Source: Squalus acanthias
Lineage: Eukaryota
NCBI GenBank assembly: GCA_030390025.1
Contig: CM059432.1
Coordinates: forward strand, 102,302,001 to 102,366,000
Length of the DNA: 64,000 bases
Reading direction: 5' to 3'
Shown: positions 62,612 to 64,000 of the stretch, in pieces
How positions within the stretch are numbered: the first letter of the stretch is position 1
Layout of the letters: every line of letters starts with the position of its first letter
Translations under genes and position numbers: made by a program
The notes under the pieces: model-generated
What the model was told of the DNA's origin: nothing
Database searches by the model: none
What the model saw: the letters and a program-made list of their open reading frames with translations, nothing else

Positions 62612-63035
62612 TTTTTATTTATTCATGGGATGTGGACGTCGCCAGCAAGGCCAGCATTTATTGCCTATCCCTAATCGCCCTCGAGAAGGTGGTGGTGAGC
62701 TGCCTTCTTGAATACAACTGAGTGGCTTGCTCAGCCATTTCAGAGGGCAGTTAAGAGTCAACCACATTGCTGTGGGTCTGGAGTCACATAGAGTCATAAC
62801 GATATAGGCCAGATCAGCAGATTCCTTCCCTAAAGGACATTAGTGAACCAGATGGGTTTATACGGCAATCCGATAGTTTCATGGTCATCATTACTAATAT
62901 TAGCTTTTTATTCCAGATTTTTATTTAATTAATTGAATTTAAATTCCCCAGCTGCCATGGTGGGATTTGAACTCATGTCACTGGATTGTTAGTCAAGCCC
63001 TCTGGATTACTATCCAGCAACATAACCACTATCCT
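62612..63035 (-). mobile_element. SINE with a tRNA-like head and the 3' tail of the 17580-18740 LINE family
   Basis: B-box-like GAGTTCAAATCCC on the minus strand; tail similar to 17590-17660. Confidence 0.55.
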
Positions 63036-64000
63036 AAGGTGTGTATGTAGTCAGCTCCAAATTATTAATGTGCAAACCCACTTTAATATCATACAATCAC
63101 CTTTAATTCTGTTCTGCATGTCAAGCTCCTACCCTTTCAGCTGTTCAGTTTAACATGTAAACTCATAAGTGAGTAAAATAGGATACTATCTCAAAAACTC
63201 TAATATTTATTAAAAAAGAAAATTGCCACAGATGCAGAATCTACACGATCTTCAACAATGATGACAATTGCAAATAAAAGCAGGAAATTGCTGTTACTGA
63301 ATCATAGGCAGCCATGAAACAAATCATATACATATGTCCAAAAATACCTGTATAGCAAGTGTTCAAAGCTACACAAAGTAATGCAACATGTTCAAATAAT
63401 TTTTTTTAGTCAAATTATGAAAATATCTTAAATTTCAAACATTTGCTATCTATAGGAATGAGTTTTCATTAATGTTAACTTCGGTTTGTCAAATTACCAA
63501 AAAATCAATGTCTTATTTTGCCGACTATAGGGAAAGCATATCACACAGTGTATTAATATGAATCTCTTTCATAGCTTATAGCACAGATCCATAGTTGTCA
63601 ATGGTAACACTTCCTAATTTGACCATAAATATAAATATGCAGCATGTAATAAACTGTAGGGATTCTACAATCTAATCTGAGGCTTCAGATAGACTTTGAA
63701 CTTCACTCAACAGTTTATGATATAATTTGAGCCAGTCAAAAAATAATAATCTTCATCATCACTCCCTCCTAGCCAATATTATACCTTAGTTTAGGCCTAT
63801 AAGCCTATTGGATAACATGTATTTTGGTCCAATTTTCACCTGTGTTGCTTTGAAGCTATTTATTGTCATGCTGCCACGAGACGATTTTAAACAAATTCTA
63901 ATAGTTCTTTATTGTCACTGTCAGGCACAGAAACGCAACATAATATGCAATATATTTCCTCTGATTGCCTCCATAGCAACATAAAGATAACCTAACATCA

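Overview
Eukaryotic, repeat-dominated DNA, most likely from a cartilaginous fish (inferred from HE1/V-type and Deu-type SINEs and the CR1/L2/RTE/Penelope mix). No host protein-coding gene can be confidently identified, and the window looks intronic or intergenic. It holds many decayed CR1 LINEs (one near full length with an SGNH-esterase ORF1), L2 and RTE fragments, a Penelope-like element and short Penelope-derived pieces, two of which contain complete minimal hammerhead ribozyme motifs. It also holds tRNA-derived SINEs, a Tigger/pogo-like MITE and a large, diverse set of PIF/Harbinger-type elements. These include one internally deleted two-gene element (a spliced Myb/SANT gene facing a transposase), several Myb-bearing deletion derivatives, and more than 15 MITEs with GG-starting TIRs and 3-bp TSDs, often nested. 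The most unusual observation is a ~0.8-kb MITE family (3 diverged copies). Each copy keeps an exactly 111-nt acceptor-to-donor cassette containing a hairpin with compensatory base changes. A second MITE family keeps a fixed-spacing E-box/CCAAT module and covarying hairpins. All calls are by eye; no database searches were run.
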